Shown: positions 10,593-22,779 of the stretch, piece by piece
Numbering within the stretch: the stretch's first letter is position 1
Layout of the letters: every line of letters begins with the position of its first letter
Assembly (NCBI GenBank): GCA_963575745.1
Contig: CAUYUJ010000100.1
Location: forward strand, 62,001 to 118,242
Origin: Prorocentrum cordatum
Taxonomy: Eukaryota
Length of the DNA stretch: 56,242 nt
Reading direction: 5' to 3'
The notes under the pieces: generated by a model
What the model was told of the DNA's origin: nothing
Databases searched by the model: none
What the model saw: the letters and a program-made list of their open reading frames with translations, nothing else
Translations under genes and position numbers: made by a program

Positions 10593-12619
10593 AAAAAAAA
10601 TTATATTGCAGCATTGTGACTCCCCACCGCGGCCCCGATGGCTGACGTTAGAAATTCACGAAATTCTTTTGATAGTCCAGCTCCTGCTTCTGGCTGCTGA
10701 GCGGGTTGTTGCGCACGAGGTTGCATCTGTACATCCTGAGCTTGCACCGGCACGTTCGGTCGAGTCAATTGCGTGGCAATGCTCTTCTTAGTTGTGACAG
10801 GTGGCTTCGGCGTAGACGTCGATGTACTTGCAGAGTATTGTGTGACAAGCTCAGCCCACGTAGGTGCTGTGGTCGGAGCTTCCGTAATCTTTTCCACTCT
10901 TGGATTGATCGTTGCCTGACATCCTCCAATAGATATATCACGACTAGCAGGGGCTGACTCAGCACGCGCTCGCACCACTGGGACACGTCGTTTGCCGTTG
11001 CCTCGCTGCCGTATGCTCACAAATTCAGATTGCCATCCCATCTGCGTCTTGAGCTGGTCGCAGAGGGCCTTGCCGTCGATCAGCGCTGGCAGCGGGGAGA
11101 TCTCGTAGATCGTTGCCGCTGGTGGCGCTCTCTGTTGTAGTGCTTGCCATGCTGCTGCTGCACTTTGCTTTTTGACACGAAAGAACAAGTTATGTGATTT
11201 GAAGTGGTAGCCGAGGCCGCATGCTCCTTCCAGGGTCGTCGTCAGCTCGATGGCCTCGCTGATGGTCTTGCCACGCTGGAATGGCACAAACTCCTCATCT
11301 TCTTTTTCTTGCTTGAGTACAGCTCCATCACTCCCAATGTTCGATCTCTGAAAGAAAACTCCATCAGGACCAGAGACTTCACGAAGCTGTTGGACTCTGT
11401 TTGCTGGTATACGAAATAACGCTGATATGACACGTCGACCTGCATCATCCTCGTTGAACATGCGCCCGCTGTAGCATATGACTTCAAGGTCCGTCGGGAT
11501 GAGCTTGGTCTTCACAATATTGGCCATCTCGGCATCCAAAACACGCCAAGGCGGCAGCTCGTTGTACTTCTTTCGTTGGCCTCCTCCTCCTGCTTCAGCT
11601 CGCTTGTCGCGGGCCGCTGTAGCTTGTCGGTGAAGACGCGCCAGTTCTTTGAATAGCTTCTCTGTCGAGTGTTCTTCCAAGACCGCCACAGACATGAGAA
11701 CCTCTGATTGGCACTCGATCTTTGTGGGGACACGCGTAGGTTTGATGTCCGCACCCTGCACACCAACATGTTGCCAGACAAACAACTTGCGTAGCTCACG
11801 GCGGCCGTCTGGGTGGGTAAGCGGTACACTTAATAATGATATTTTATCCGTCAGCCCTCTTTGTGCACACTGAAGGACAAGATCTTTCGGAAGACTATCT
11901 GGCGGCTGTGCCAAGACGAACCCAAAGGGGTCTTTCGGCAACTCTTTGCTCCAGAAATCCTTGTCTGACAGAAGCTGCGCCAGCTCGTTCACTGTGACCA
12001 GGTGGATCCGCTTCATGTCATCATATTGCGTTGGTAGCCCGCGTACAGTCGGTAGTGACCAGTCTGCATCGTCGAGCTTGGTTGTCAGTTGCCACGTCGG
12101 CTGTGGTGTGGTCGCTGACTTCTTTTTCTTTTTCACTTTCTTCTTCTTGGGCTCCGTGTCCGTGTCAGGGAGCTTCGAGCCAAGCGGTCTCTCCTTGAGC
12201 CACTTAGTGATCTCTGGAAAGATTTTCTCGGCCTCCAACTTTGATATTTCTGCCATTCTTTCTTTGCTGATGTTCCGCAGGTGGTCATACGTCTTCTGAG
12301 CCTGGGATACCTCTTTCATTTCGAGCACAGTCATGACTCGAGATGCCATCATCGCTGGAGTGTTGGCCAGCTTCGCCAGTCGTTTGCGTAGTGCAGTCTT
12401 CGCCCCCGGCCCATTGCCGTGGAGCGCGTGCTGAAGTCGATTCCACTCCTGGTGGGTAATAAGCCACCTATATCCAAGTGAATATTCTCGATCCCCTGGA
12501 AAGATGAAGCCCCAACAACATCTCTCCACAAAATTGATGCTAATATTCTGAAGATAATATATGTGGACGTACTTCGCGACGCTATGGACAAACTCGTAAT
12601 ACCCATGGTCCGTCGTCAT
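10126..12619 (-). CDS. Retrotransposon ORF1 (nucleic-acid-binding/gag-equivalent), interrupted by an A-rich insert; start at 12619 or 12352 uncertain
   Basis: Long open frame directly upstream of ORF2, with a basic NLS-like KKKKVKKKKK. Deleting 10321-10603 joins ...HNAAI to LSQLHLQG... in frame. The stop overlaps the ORF2 ATG. Confidence 0.8.
10321..10603 (+). other. 283-nt degenerate poly(A) insert within ORF1 (probable read/assembly artefact or poly(A)-only insertion)
   Basis: Almost pure A with scattered C/G/T, no flanking duplication; removing it restores the frame. Confidence 0.75.
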
Positions 12620-12723
12620 GACAACCGAGAACCTGAAGCTGTGGTTCAGAAGGTTGTACGTCTCGGCAGAGTCGCCCTTGGAGTCTCTGACGAGGCCCCT
12701 CTGGTCGATCTCCACTATGTCAC

Positions 12724-12740
12724 CGATATCGGCCTTGTCC
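12724..12740. repeat. Target-site duplication, right copy
   Basis: CGATATCGGCCTTGTCC, identical to 3760-3776. Confidence 0.95.
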
Positions 12741-13829
12741 TTCTTGCCATCGCAGTAGTCCTTGCCCATCTGGATGATGAGCGATTTGGCAGCCTCGAAG
12801 TACTTCTCGTCGCACCCCACGAGCTGGCAGAGCTGTTTGCCTCCACGACTAATTCGAACCCACGTCCCCTTCGCCTTGTGGTTGACAATCTCGCACTTGA
12901 TGGTCTCCTGCTTAGGGCGCGCGCCTCTGAACAAGATCGTCGGGGATGACTTTTGCTGCCCGGCCATCCCTGGCGACGCGTCGGGCACTGGCCACCGATG
13001 CCCGTTGCTCCAGGTCCCGACCAGCAGCTCAGACTTGTCCTCGACGACCGCCCTGACGTACACTGGAATGCCACTGCCGCCCGCGCGAAGTCTCCACGCG
13101 GACTGTGGGTGGTCAGAACACCTCCGAACGACGTTTGGCGATCACCGACCACAGTCACGCCCCTCACACTCCGTGTGAATTCAATGTTGGATGGGAACGG
13201 TTTTCGCTGAGACGTCGCCTGAAGAGGTCCTGACCACCCGAAGTGCCAGCCGTCGGCGCTGTGAACGATCTCGAGCCCACATCGGCTGTACCGCCTACCG
13301 TCCTTGACAATCACGCTGTCCGATGAGGTGCGTGTCGCTGTGCGTTCGCCCGTGGCATCCTTTTCTGGTGCCTCCCCTATCCACGTTTGTGTATTGATCG
13401 CGTGCATGGCGTCTCCCCCAACCTCCTATCTTACCTTATACCACCCCCGCTCTACGTGTGCGAATCTCCCCCCCGCTACTTGCCCCCCCCCCCCCCCCTC
13501 AGTCTGTAGCGTGGACAGGGTTGGCAACATGTCCTGGGGACTCGGGACATCCTGAGGCTCGCGTTCCCCGATCCCGCTGCTATCGGCGGAGATGTCGATT
13601 TGCGGCTGGCTCTCGTAGGAATCGGCGGGCGGGTCGTCGGCGTCGTCGCCGTCGTCGTCGCCACCCCCCTCCTTCGCTGGCCCGAAAGCCTCTTGCGCCC
13701 ACGCGGTCTCCCTCGGGCGTCGGATCGCACGACTGGCCCCGACCAATGCCCCCGACCCCTGCCTTCGAGTCTCGAATCCACACCGCGGCGACGAGCACCA
13801 GCCCCTGTGCCGACAACATCAGTGACACG

Positions 13830-14290
13830 CGTTTTGGCCCACCCGCCGGTCTTTATCAGTGGTTGGCTGACGTGTCGCAGCATGCTCCTTAACATTTTTG
13901 ATGTGTCCTTGACCCACTTGCGGGACCCCTTGCTCGCGAGATGCCAGCTAGCTTCCTTCTTCCGCGCAATTTCTGTAAGCACTGCCTCGGGGAGGGTGAC
14001 CGAGCACGATGAGGAGAGGAAGGAGCACGAGGGGGGACGGGGGGCTGGTGATGACAGACGGGGGACGGAAACTGAAGGCACTGTTGATTGTTGTTGAGAG
14101 GTGACGTGTTTGGAGTGTCACCATCAGCTTTCGCTGTTACGGGGTTTACTTTCATGGCGATCTCACGGGTGTCCCTGAGCAACTCCCTATGGCGTAACAG
14201 TGCACGTTTGTCGGACTTCGCCTCGAGCACATCGTCAGTTGTGTAGGTGATCGAGTCGGCCTGCGCGGGGCTGGTGAAACTAATCAATTG
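13830..14290 (-). CDS. Probable upstream exons of the same unknown gene (about 14150-14290 and 13830-14000)
   Basis: Protein-like stretches PDQLISFTSPAQADSITYTTDDVLEAKSDKRALLRHRELL and EIARKKEASWHLASKGSRKWVKDTSKMLRSMLRHVSQ. Boundaries are approximate. Confidence 0.5.
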
Positions 14291-14320
14291 GTCGGGTGTG
14301 GTGTGTGTGTGTGTGTGTGT

Positions 14321-14377
<57 letters not shown>

Positions 14378-14450
14378 GGTATCGAGGTGGTATATCCGTA
14401 AGGGCTTCGCCCCCTGCCGCCGGCCCCCTCTCTCGGAGAATGGGCCATGG

Positions 14451-14550
14451 NNNNNNNNNNNNNNNNNNNNNNNNNNNNNNNNNNNNNNNNNNNNNNNNNN
14501 NNNNNNNNNNNNNNNNNNNNNNNNNNNNNNNNNNNNNNNNNNNNNNNNNN
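14451..14550. other. Assembly gap (100 N)
   Basis: Run of N. Confidence 1.
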
Positions 14551-14551
14551 G

Positions 14552-14983
14552 GAGCACGCCAGGTGTGACGAGGTGGCGCTGGTCAGGCTGCTGGAGCGCC
14601 TGGCCGCCGGGCGGCCGCGCGGGGAGAAGGTCTTCAGGGGCACCTACCAGCACTTCCGGAGGTGCCACGACGCCCTCGTGCAGTTCTTCGGCATCGCGGC
14701 CACGGAAGCGCACGGCCTGACGCCGGCGTCGCACCGTGGGGGAGGTGCCACTTTCTTCTTCCAGCAGAGCGAGGACCTGCCGCGTACGCAGTGGCGCGGC
14801 AGGTGGAGGCAGCTGAAGTCCATGGAGATTTACATCCAGGAGGTCGCTGCCGTCGCGTTCGTGCCGAACCTGACGCAGGCCTCGCGCGAGCTGGTGGGCA
14901 GGTTTGCCGCCGCTCTGCCCGGCCTGCTCGCTCGCGCCACCGCCTCCGTAGCGTCGGCGTGGCCCGAGCGTGGCAAAATCTGA
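14552..14983 (+). CDS. Tyrosine recombinase C-terminal catalytic fragment (DIRS/Ngaro/PAT-like YR element), 5' part lost in the gap
   Basis: LTPASHRGGGAT (box II, HxxR-like), RGRW and MEIYIQE (catalytic Tyr) occur in the canonical order and spacing. Confidence 0.85.
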   Translation, partial: EHARCDEVALVRLLERLAAGRPRGEKVFRGTYQHFRRCHDALVQFFGIAATEAHGLTPASHRGGGATFFFQQSEDLPRTQWRGRWRQLKSMEIYIQEVAAVAFVPNLTQASRELVGRFAAALPGLLARATASVASAWPERGKI

Positions 14984-15063
14984 GTGCTGCTCTTCTCACT
15001 GCCCGGGGATCGTCTGCCCCGATCTCCCCTTGTGCTGTTTTCGAGCTGTGTGGAGGTTTGGGT

Positions 15064-15363
15064 CAGGAGCCGTGGAGCCTCGTCCGAGCCCGTCTCCGGT
15101 TCGGTGCGTTTTTTTAGATCGGCTTCGCCATTGCACAATCCCTGAGTGCCGGAGAAAACACTTGCGGTAGGAGGGAAGCCTGACTCGTAGGCTTCAGGAC
15201 GGGAGCAATGGCCTCAGCCGTCACCCGCCCGCCTCCCCGCGCCTCCAGGAGCCGTGGAGCCTCGTCCGAGCCCGTCTCCGGTTCGGTGCGCTTTTTTAGA
15301 TCGGCTTCGCCATTGCACAATCCCTGAGTGCCGGAGAAAACACTTGCGGTAGGAGGGAAGCCT
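15064..15363 (+). repeat. 118-bp direct repeats (15064-15181, 15246-15363) separated by 64 bp; probable split-direct-repeat 3' end of the YR element
   Basis: Near-identical copies (one substitution seen) starting 80 bp after the YR stop codon. Confidence 0.85.
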
Positions 15364-15544
15364 ATTTAGCATTTTTCCTGACAGGGATGATGGGCCTGCG
15401 CGCAGTAGGCAATATGCCGGCACCCCTGTCCAGAAAGCGTGCAACGTGTTCTTTTGGTGCCTCTTGGGGCATCTTGGGCGGCTCTTGGGGCCCTTGGGGG
15501 CGGCTGATTGGGGAAGGCGATCCTCACCCCTTGGTTTGGGGCTT

Positions 15545-16410
15545 TACGTAGCGGAGCGGCGCCCCGCAAAGGGCGCGACGCAGTCGTGCTCTTTTCGTTT
15601 GACGTCGCTTAGCAGAGCAGCGCTCCGCTAGTGTGAGATCGCAAGTGTAAGCCCTGGCTGGATGCCAATTTGCGGAGCGGCGCTCCGCTGCTGGGCGCGA
15701 AGCAGTTGCAATGCCTCCGTTCGGGCTCCGTGTGCAGAGCGGCGCTCCGCTACCACTGGGAGCGACTCACTCCCGACCCCCTGGCTCGAGGCCGCGTGCC
15801 AGAGTGGCGCTCCGCTGGCGGGAGCGAAGCGCTCGTGACCCCCTGGTCTGGGGCCACACAGCGGGGCGGCGCTCCGCTGAGGGGAGCGAAGCAGTCTGCC
15901 AACCCCGCTCCGCTAGTGGGAGCGAGGCAACTCCGAGTCCTCTGGTCTGAGGCCACTCAGCGGAGCCCCGCCCTGCCAATGGGCGCGAAGCAGTCGGCCG
16001 TCCCCCGGGGTCCGAGGCCAGTTGACGGCGGGGCGGCGTCCCCGCCAGTGGGGGCGAAGCAATGCCGAGCCCGCCGGCTCGAGGCCACTTCGCGGAGCGC
16101 CGCCCTGCCAGTGGGAGCGGGGCGATCGTAGTCTTGTGGTTTGGGGCCGATTCGCGTATAGTCAAACATAGGCAGACAATAGCCTGGGGACGACTGCTCG
16201 ATTCTTGGCGATCATCACGGAGCATTTTTTCATTTTGACAACCGTTTTTCTTCAACATCTGCCTGTAGGAGGACATGCCCGTCCTGAGGTTAGCGGAGGG
16301 GCGCTCCGCGAATGGGGGCGAAGCAATCGTAATCCCCTGGTTCGAAGCCAATCTGCGGAGCGTCAGCGCGCAAACTTTGGCGCCAATTCGCGGAGTAAGC
16401 GCTCCGCTAT
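15545..16410. repeat. Degenerate ~60-bp GC-rich minisatellite (GCGGAGCGGCGCTCCGCT...GGGGGCGAAGCA)
   Basis: Recurring GGCGCTCCGC and GCGAAGCA motifs at about 60-bp spacing. Confidence 0.65.
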
Positions 16411-17242
16411 TCCGACGCGGCACATTGGCAATTTATGCCCTGGCGCTCATAAAGACTGTTGAGGAATGGGGATTAAGGCTTAAGGGATCAGGCGAAGGAC
16501 CTGAGGACACGCCCGCTCCGTGCCCAGAGGCACGGTGGCGGATGCGCACATGATACCGGGGTTTCCGCGCCGAATAGTTGGATGGGCCCTCTGCTGTTGC
16601 CCCTTTGAATTTGTTGGGTGGATCCTGTCAATTGTTGCATATGTGTCGGGTACGTCCCTCATTTTCTGTCTCTTGGAGACCCCCCTTGTCGGGCGTCTTG
16701 AAGGCATCTTGGGCCATCTCGGGCTATCATAGCCGTGTTCGAGGCGTCCTGGTTGCCATTTCGGCCCTTTTTGGGACCGTCTTGGGCGAGCTTGAAAACG
16801 TCTCGGGGTCGAACTGCACCATCAAGGCAGTCGAATGGGACATTTGGAGCACGGCGGTAGAGGACGACGGACAAACATGAATCAACCGTGTGTCTCCAGT
16901 TCAGCACGTCAGGCATTCCGCTGCAGAAGAAACGGGGGGCGGCCGATCGGATACGCCAACGCCGAGTCACCGCCGCCCCTGGCCTTTCACAACAGCACCA
17001 CCCTGCTGGCCCTCCGCATCCTGCACGTGCCCCGCTTCCTCCGCTCTCCTCCTCGGCCTCCCCCTCCTCCTCCTCCTCCTCCTCCTCCTTCTTCCCCTCC
17101 TCGTCCTTTTCCTCCCCCCCCCCCTCCTCCCTCCCTCATCTCATCTCCCCCTCCCCCCTTCTGCCCCCTCTCCCGCCCCCCCCCTCCCCCTCGGGGCACA
17201 CCCCGGAGAGAGCTCCCGCGGCCCCCTCGCGGGGCGGCGGGC

Positions 17243-17320
17243 AACCTGGTGAGGAGGAACTGCCTCCACTTCTGCGACGAGCTGTGCCGGGCGCTGGGCG
17301 TCGAGCCCATCCCAAAGTGG
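17243..17320 (+). CDS. Isolated exon or fragment of a PPPDE/DeSI-family peptidase containing the catalytic Cys
   Basis: NLVRRNCLHFCDELCRALGVEPIPKW matches the family pattern Y-x-L-x-x-x-N-C-N-H-F...L...LGV..IP.W. Confidence 0.75.
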
Positions 17321-17669
17321 ACCAGGAGACGGGCAGAGGAGGCCGGAAAGATCGTCGTGCGTGGGTGCTTGAGTCGGGGGTGGACAGAACCCCCAGCAGT
17401 GACACGTCGATTAGTGAACTGTCCGTCTTCGGTTCTCGAGAGGGCGCCGTGGCCGTCATTTTCCAGGCCTGGGCCCGCCTGGTTTGGGCCTCAGGTCGTT
17501 TTCACTAAACCACGTTTTACTAAAGGGAGGTCTGTCCATCCCCGGTTGAGGGGTCGTGGGGGGGAGGTCCTGACCCCCCCCTCTCCAGAATCCCCGGCAC
17601 TTCCTGCCCCCCTCTCCAGGGGGTCGGCCCCGCCGTCCTTCGAAGGTCGGGGGGGCAGGGAACGACGGC

Positions 17670-18120
17670 GATGACGACGACGACGACCACCCCCCTTGCG
17701 CGCCGGCAGCCGACGGCGACAACGACGACGAGGCCGACGACGACGCCGCCGCCGACGACGACGACGACGATGACCACGAATACGACGGCGACGGGGCCAC
17801 CGACGTCGACGTCGACGGCCAAAAAAAGGTGGACGACGACGACGACGACGACGGACGACTCGGTAAACACGAGGATTACGGCGACCACAACGACAACGAA
17901 AACGACGAAGATCGGGGACGACCGACGACTACGTCGTGTCGACGGTGGATACGATAAACACGATGAGGAGCACGACGCTGACGAGGACGACAACGACGAC
18001 AATAACGACGACGACGATGACGCTGACGACACTGACGACGACGCGGACAATGACGACGACAATGACGACGACGCTGATTCATACTGACTCTGTCGACGAC
18101 GCTGACGTTGGCGACGACGA
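17670..18120. repeat. Degenerate (GAC)n microsatellite
   Basis: Direct inspection. Confidence 0.9.
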
Positions 18121-18749
18121 CGGCCCGTTACCCACGAGCGAGTTTCACATGTAATGGCCCGCCCGCCCACTCGCGTTCCCGCGTCACGAGTCGAGCGAAC
18201 TAGTACTTCTTTTTGCTTCGCCCCTCTGCGTTGCCGCGGCTCGAGTAGAGCAGATGAGGATGATGAGGATGCGGGTGATGATCTGATGATGTTTCTTCCT
18301 CGACGTCCGGACCAAACAACACACAAAGAAACATGAGTCGTGTGCAATCGAGGGTCCGTCGCAGAGAGCATCCGATGCTTTCGTCCTGCCCCGCATGGGC
18401 CCGTCATCCGTGGGTGCTGCACAAGGGGGGTGTCCTGCGCGGCGCTAGCCAGGCGACGAAAGAATCTCGGCATAAGCTGACACTCGTTACATGTCTCTGC
18501 GTCGAACGTAAATCGAGGCCATGTCCGCATCGACTACAGCAGCGTGCGTGCTCGGGCTCGGGCGTGGCTGAAAATAAGAGAGACCGAGACATAATGATGA
18601 AAGGCTCTAGCAATGCGTGTGCGTGCTCAGTGGAGCCCGCGGTAAGCGTCGAGGTCACTGTTGTAATCGATAGCCAAATCGTTGACAGCCATCACCGCAC
18701 CGTCCTGTTCCCAGAAGGGGTGAGAAACGGTGGCGTCGAACACACGCTC

Positions 18750-19500
18750 GATGGCTGAGCATACCATCTCCTCGCTGCTCCCCGTGAGGCGGGTCATCTT
18801 GCTGGCGATGGCCTGGTTGATTGCGTCGCGGATTTCGACGGGTATGATTTCATCGATGGAGTCGGTCATGGAAGGATCCTCCGTGCCAGCGTAGCAGGTG
18901 TCAACAGCCTCGTGCTCCTTCGGGCGGCTGATCTCGTGCCTTGTGGTCGAGGTATGGTGGCACTGCGTACCCAGCTTGAGGTGACTGCCCAATTCTCTCC
19001 GAAACTGCTTTCGTCCACGTTCGTCTCGGCCATCTCGGCGTAGTTGGAGTCGGTCATGGAGGGAGCATCCATACCAGCGTAGCATGTGTCAACAATCTCG
19101 CGCGCCTTCAGCTCGTCGCCGTTCGTCTCGGCCATCTCGGCGTACATGTCCAGCGGCTGGTTCGTGTTGAGCTCGGCCACGTAGCGCGATCCCTCTTCAA
19201 CTGTGTGAGAGAAATCGCACGTGAACTGCTTGCTCTCGTTTTGAGCTCTCTTCGGGGACGAGGTCGTGCATGCGCGTGGGCTCGGGCACCTCGTCGGTGA
19301 CGACGGCGGTGTGCGGTAGGTCATCTGCATGTCGTAGAACTGGTCGGTCCTCTGCTCGTAGCTCAAGTCCTGGCGGAAGGCCAGTGGCAGCACCCATCCG
19401 GAAGTGGCGCCGTCGAAGCCGATCGCGGTGCGCCTGAGCTCGTGAGCGCCGCCCACCTGCGGGGGCGCCACAACGTGCTTGACTCCGCCGAGGTCATGTG
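18750..19500 (-). pseudogene. Decayed intronless coding fragment with internal duplications, product unknown
   Basis: GC3-rich; VDTCYAG...PSMTDS and YAEMAETN each occur twice; frameshifts between protein-like segments. Confidence 0.5.
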
Positions 19501-19684
19501 GTGTTCGGCCCTCTGAAAGTGTTCGGCTGGTGCGCGGCGCCCGCGCGCTGGAGCACCACACGGCGACATGGCGACATGGCGGTGTGCGGGGTATCTTCGG
19601 GCCGTCCGCCTTTTGGGCTAGGCGGGGAGGGCGCTGGAAAAAGGCCGCTGCTCCTTAAGAAGACCTGAGCGCGCGGCGGCCTTT

Positions 19685-21920
<2,236 letters not shown>

Positions 21921-22779
21921 ATGGAGGATGATGAGGAGGAGGTGGACGTGGAGGAGGACGAGGAGGGCGGATGAGGAGGGCGGTGAGAGGAGGGAGGGTG
22001 GAGGATGTGCGAGGAGATGGGACGAGGGAGGATTCTGGGAGGCAGGGGAGGGCGGAGGACGGGATGGGGCAGGGGATGGGTGGAGAGAAGGGTGATGAGG
22101 GAGAGGGGCCGTGGGGAGAGGCAGTGGGAATAGGAACGGGAGGAGGGAAAGCGGGAATCGACTAGGAATCTGGCAGACGTGGGCGCTGGGCTGCACACCT
22201 GCCAGCTGCACTTGGCCGAGCGGTGCGACAAGATGGCGCCCCTTCCGTTCCTGCGTTGCGGCCAGTGCGCGGACGAGCCGCTGCGAGAAGAGATCGAGGC
22301 AATCAACGTACTCTGAGCGGAGTCGTTTGCGCCACAGTCAAACATCTACTTGAGAATAGGGCTACTTCTGTAGGGGTGCCCTGGACCCTTGCACCCCTGA
22401 CTCTGTCGGCTCAACGTAAGGAGTTTTGGGCGTCCACGTGTCTTGTGTGGATGTCCACGGGTCTTGCATAACTCCTTTAGCATCCTCAAGTTTGGTTTTG
22501 ATTGTGTTGTGATGTCCTGGCGGCAGTGCGGAGAATCTGGGCACAAGATTGGCCATGCCATACGGCAGGGGTACCCTACTGTGCATAGAGTGGGCTGCAA
22601 TATTTTGTGCCCCTTAAGCTGATGCGAATTCTTGGTCATGGCGATTGCTCTGAGCCTGAACGCTTCGCGCATCTCCACAAGCCCATCCAGGAACGCTGCC
22701 CAGGAGAGCTGCCCTTATCGTGGGAGCGTGGCATCATCGGGATGCTGCGGGGAGCCTCGGTGGGCAAGAGGCCTCTTGG

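Larger units (their letters stand above)
3777..12723 (-). mobile_element. Full-length non-LTR (LINE-type) retrotransposon, two ORFs, APE-RT-RNase H class
   Basis: An identical 17-mer CGATATCGGCCTTGTCC at 3760-3776 and 12724-12740 flanks the segment. It contains ORF1 and ORF2 in tandem. Composition is less GC-skewed and free of microsatellites compared with the flanks. Confidence 0.95.
3377..13063 (-). pseudogene. Exon of an unknown host gene split by the LINE (12724-13063 plus 3377-3776)
   Basis: ...KQLCQLVGCDEKYFEAAKSLIIQMGKDYCDGKK-DKADI-EAAKADFLRDHGKQ... reads continuously once the element and one TSD copy are removed. Codon usage is GC3-rich. Confidence 0.85.

Noticed and set aside
10321..10600. 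Poly(A) tail of the LINE
   Set aside because: It is on the wrong strand and lies in the middle of ORF1, not at the 3' end.
12679..12715. Hammerhead-like CTGACGA-stem-GA on the + strand
   Set aside because: GAAA is replaced by GATC and stem I is reduced to one base. The pairing is explained by the sense-strand hairpin.
10601..13063. 820-aa ORF as a single gene
   Set aside because: It is a chimera of a host exon and ORF1 across the TSD, and it is cut short by the A-rich insert.
13064..13434. GT-AG intron in the host gene
   Set aside because: The donor and acceptor look plausible, but the join does not keep the frame I expected; left unresolved.
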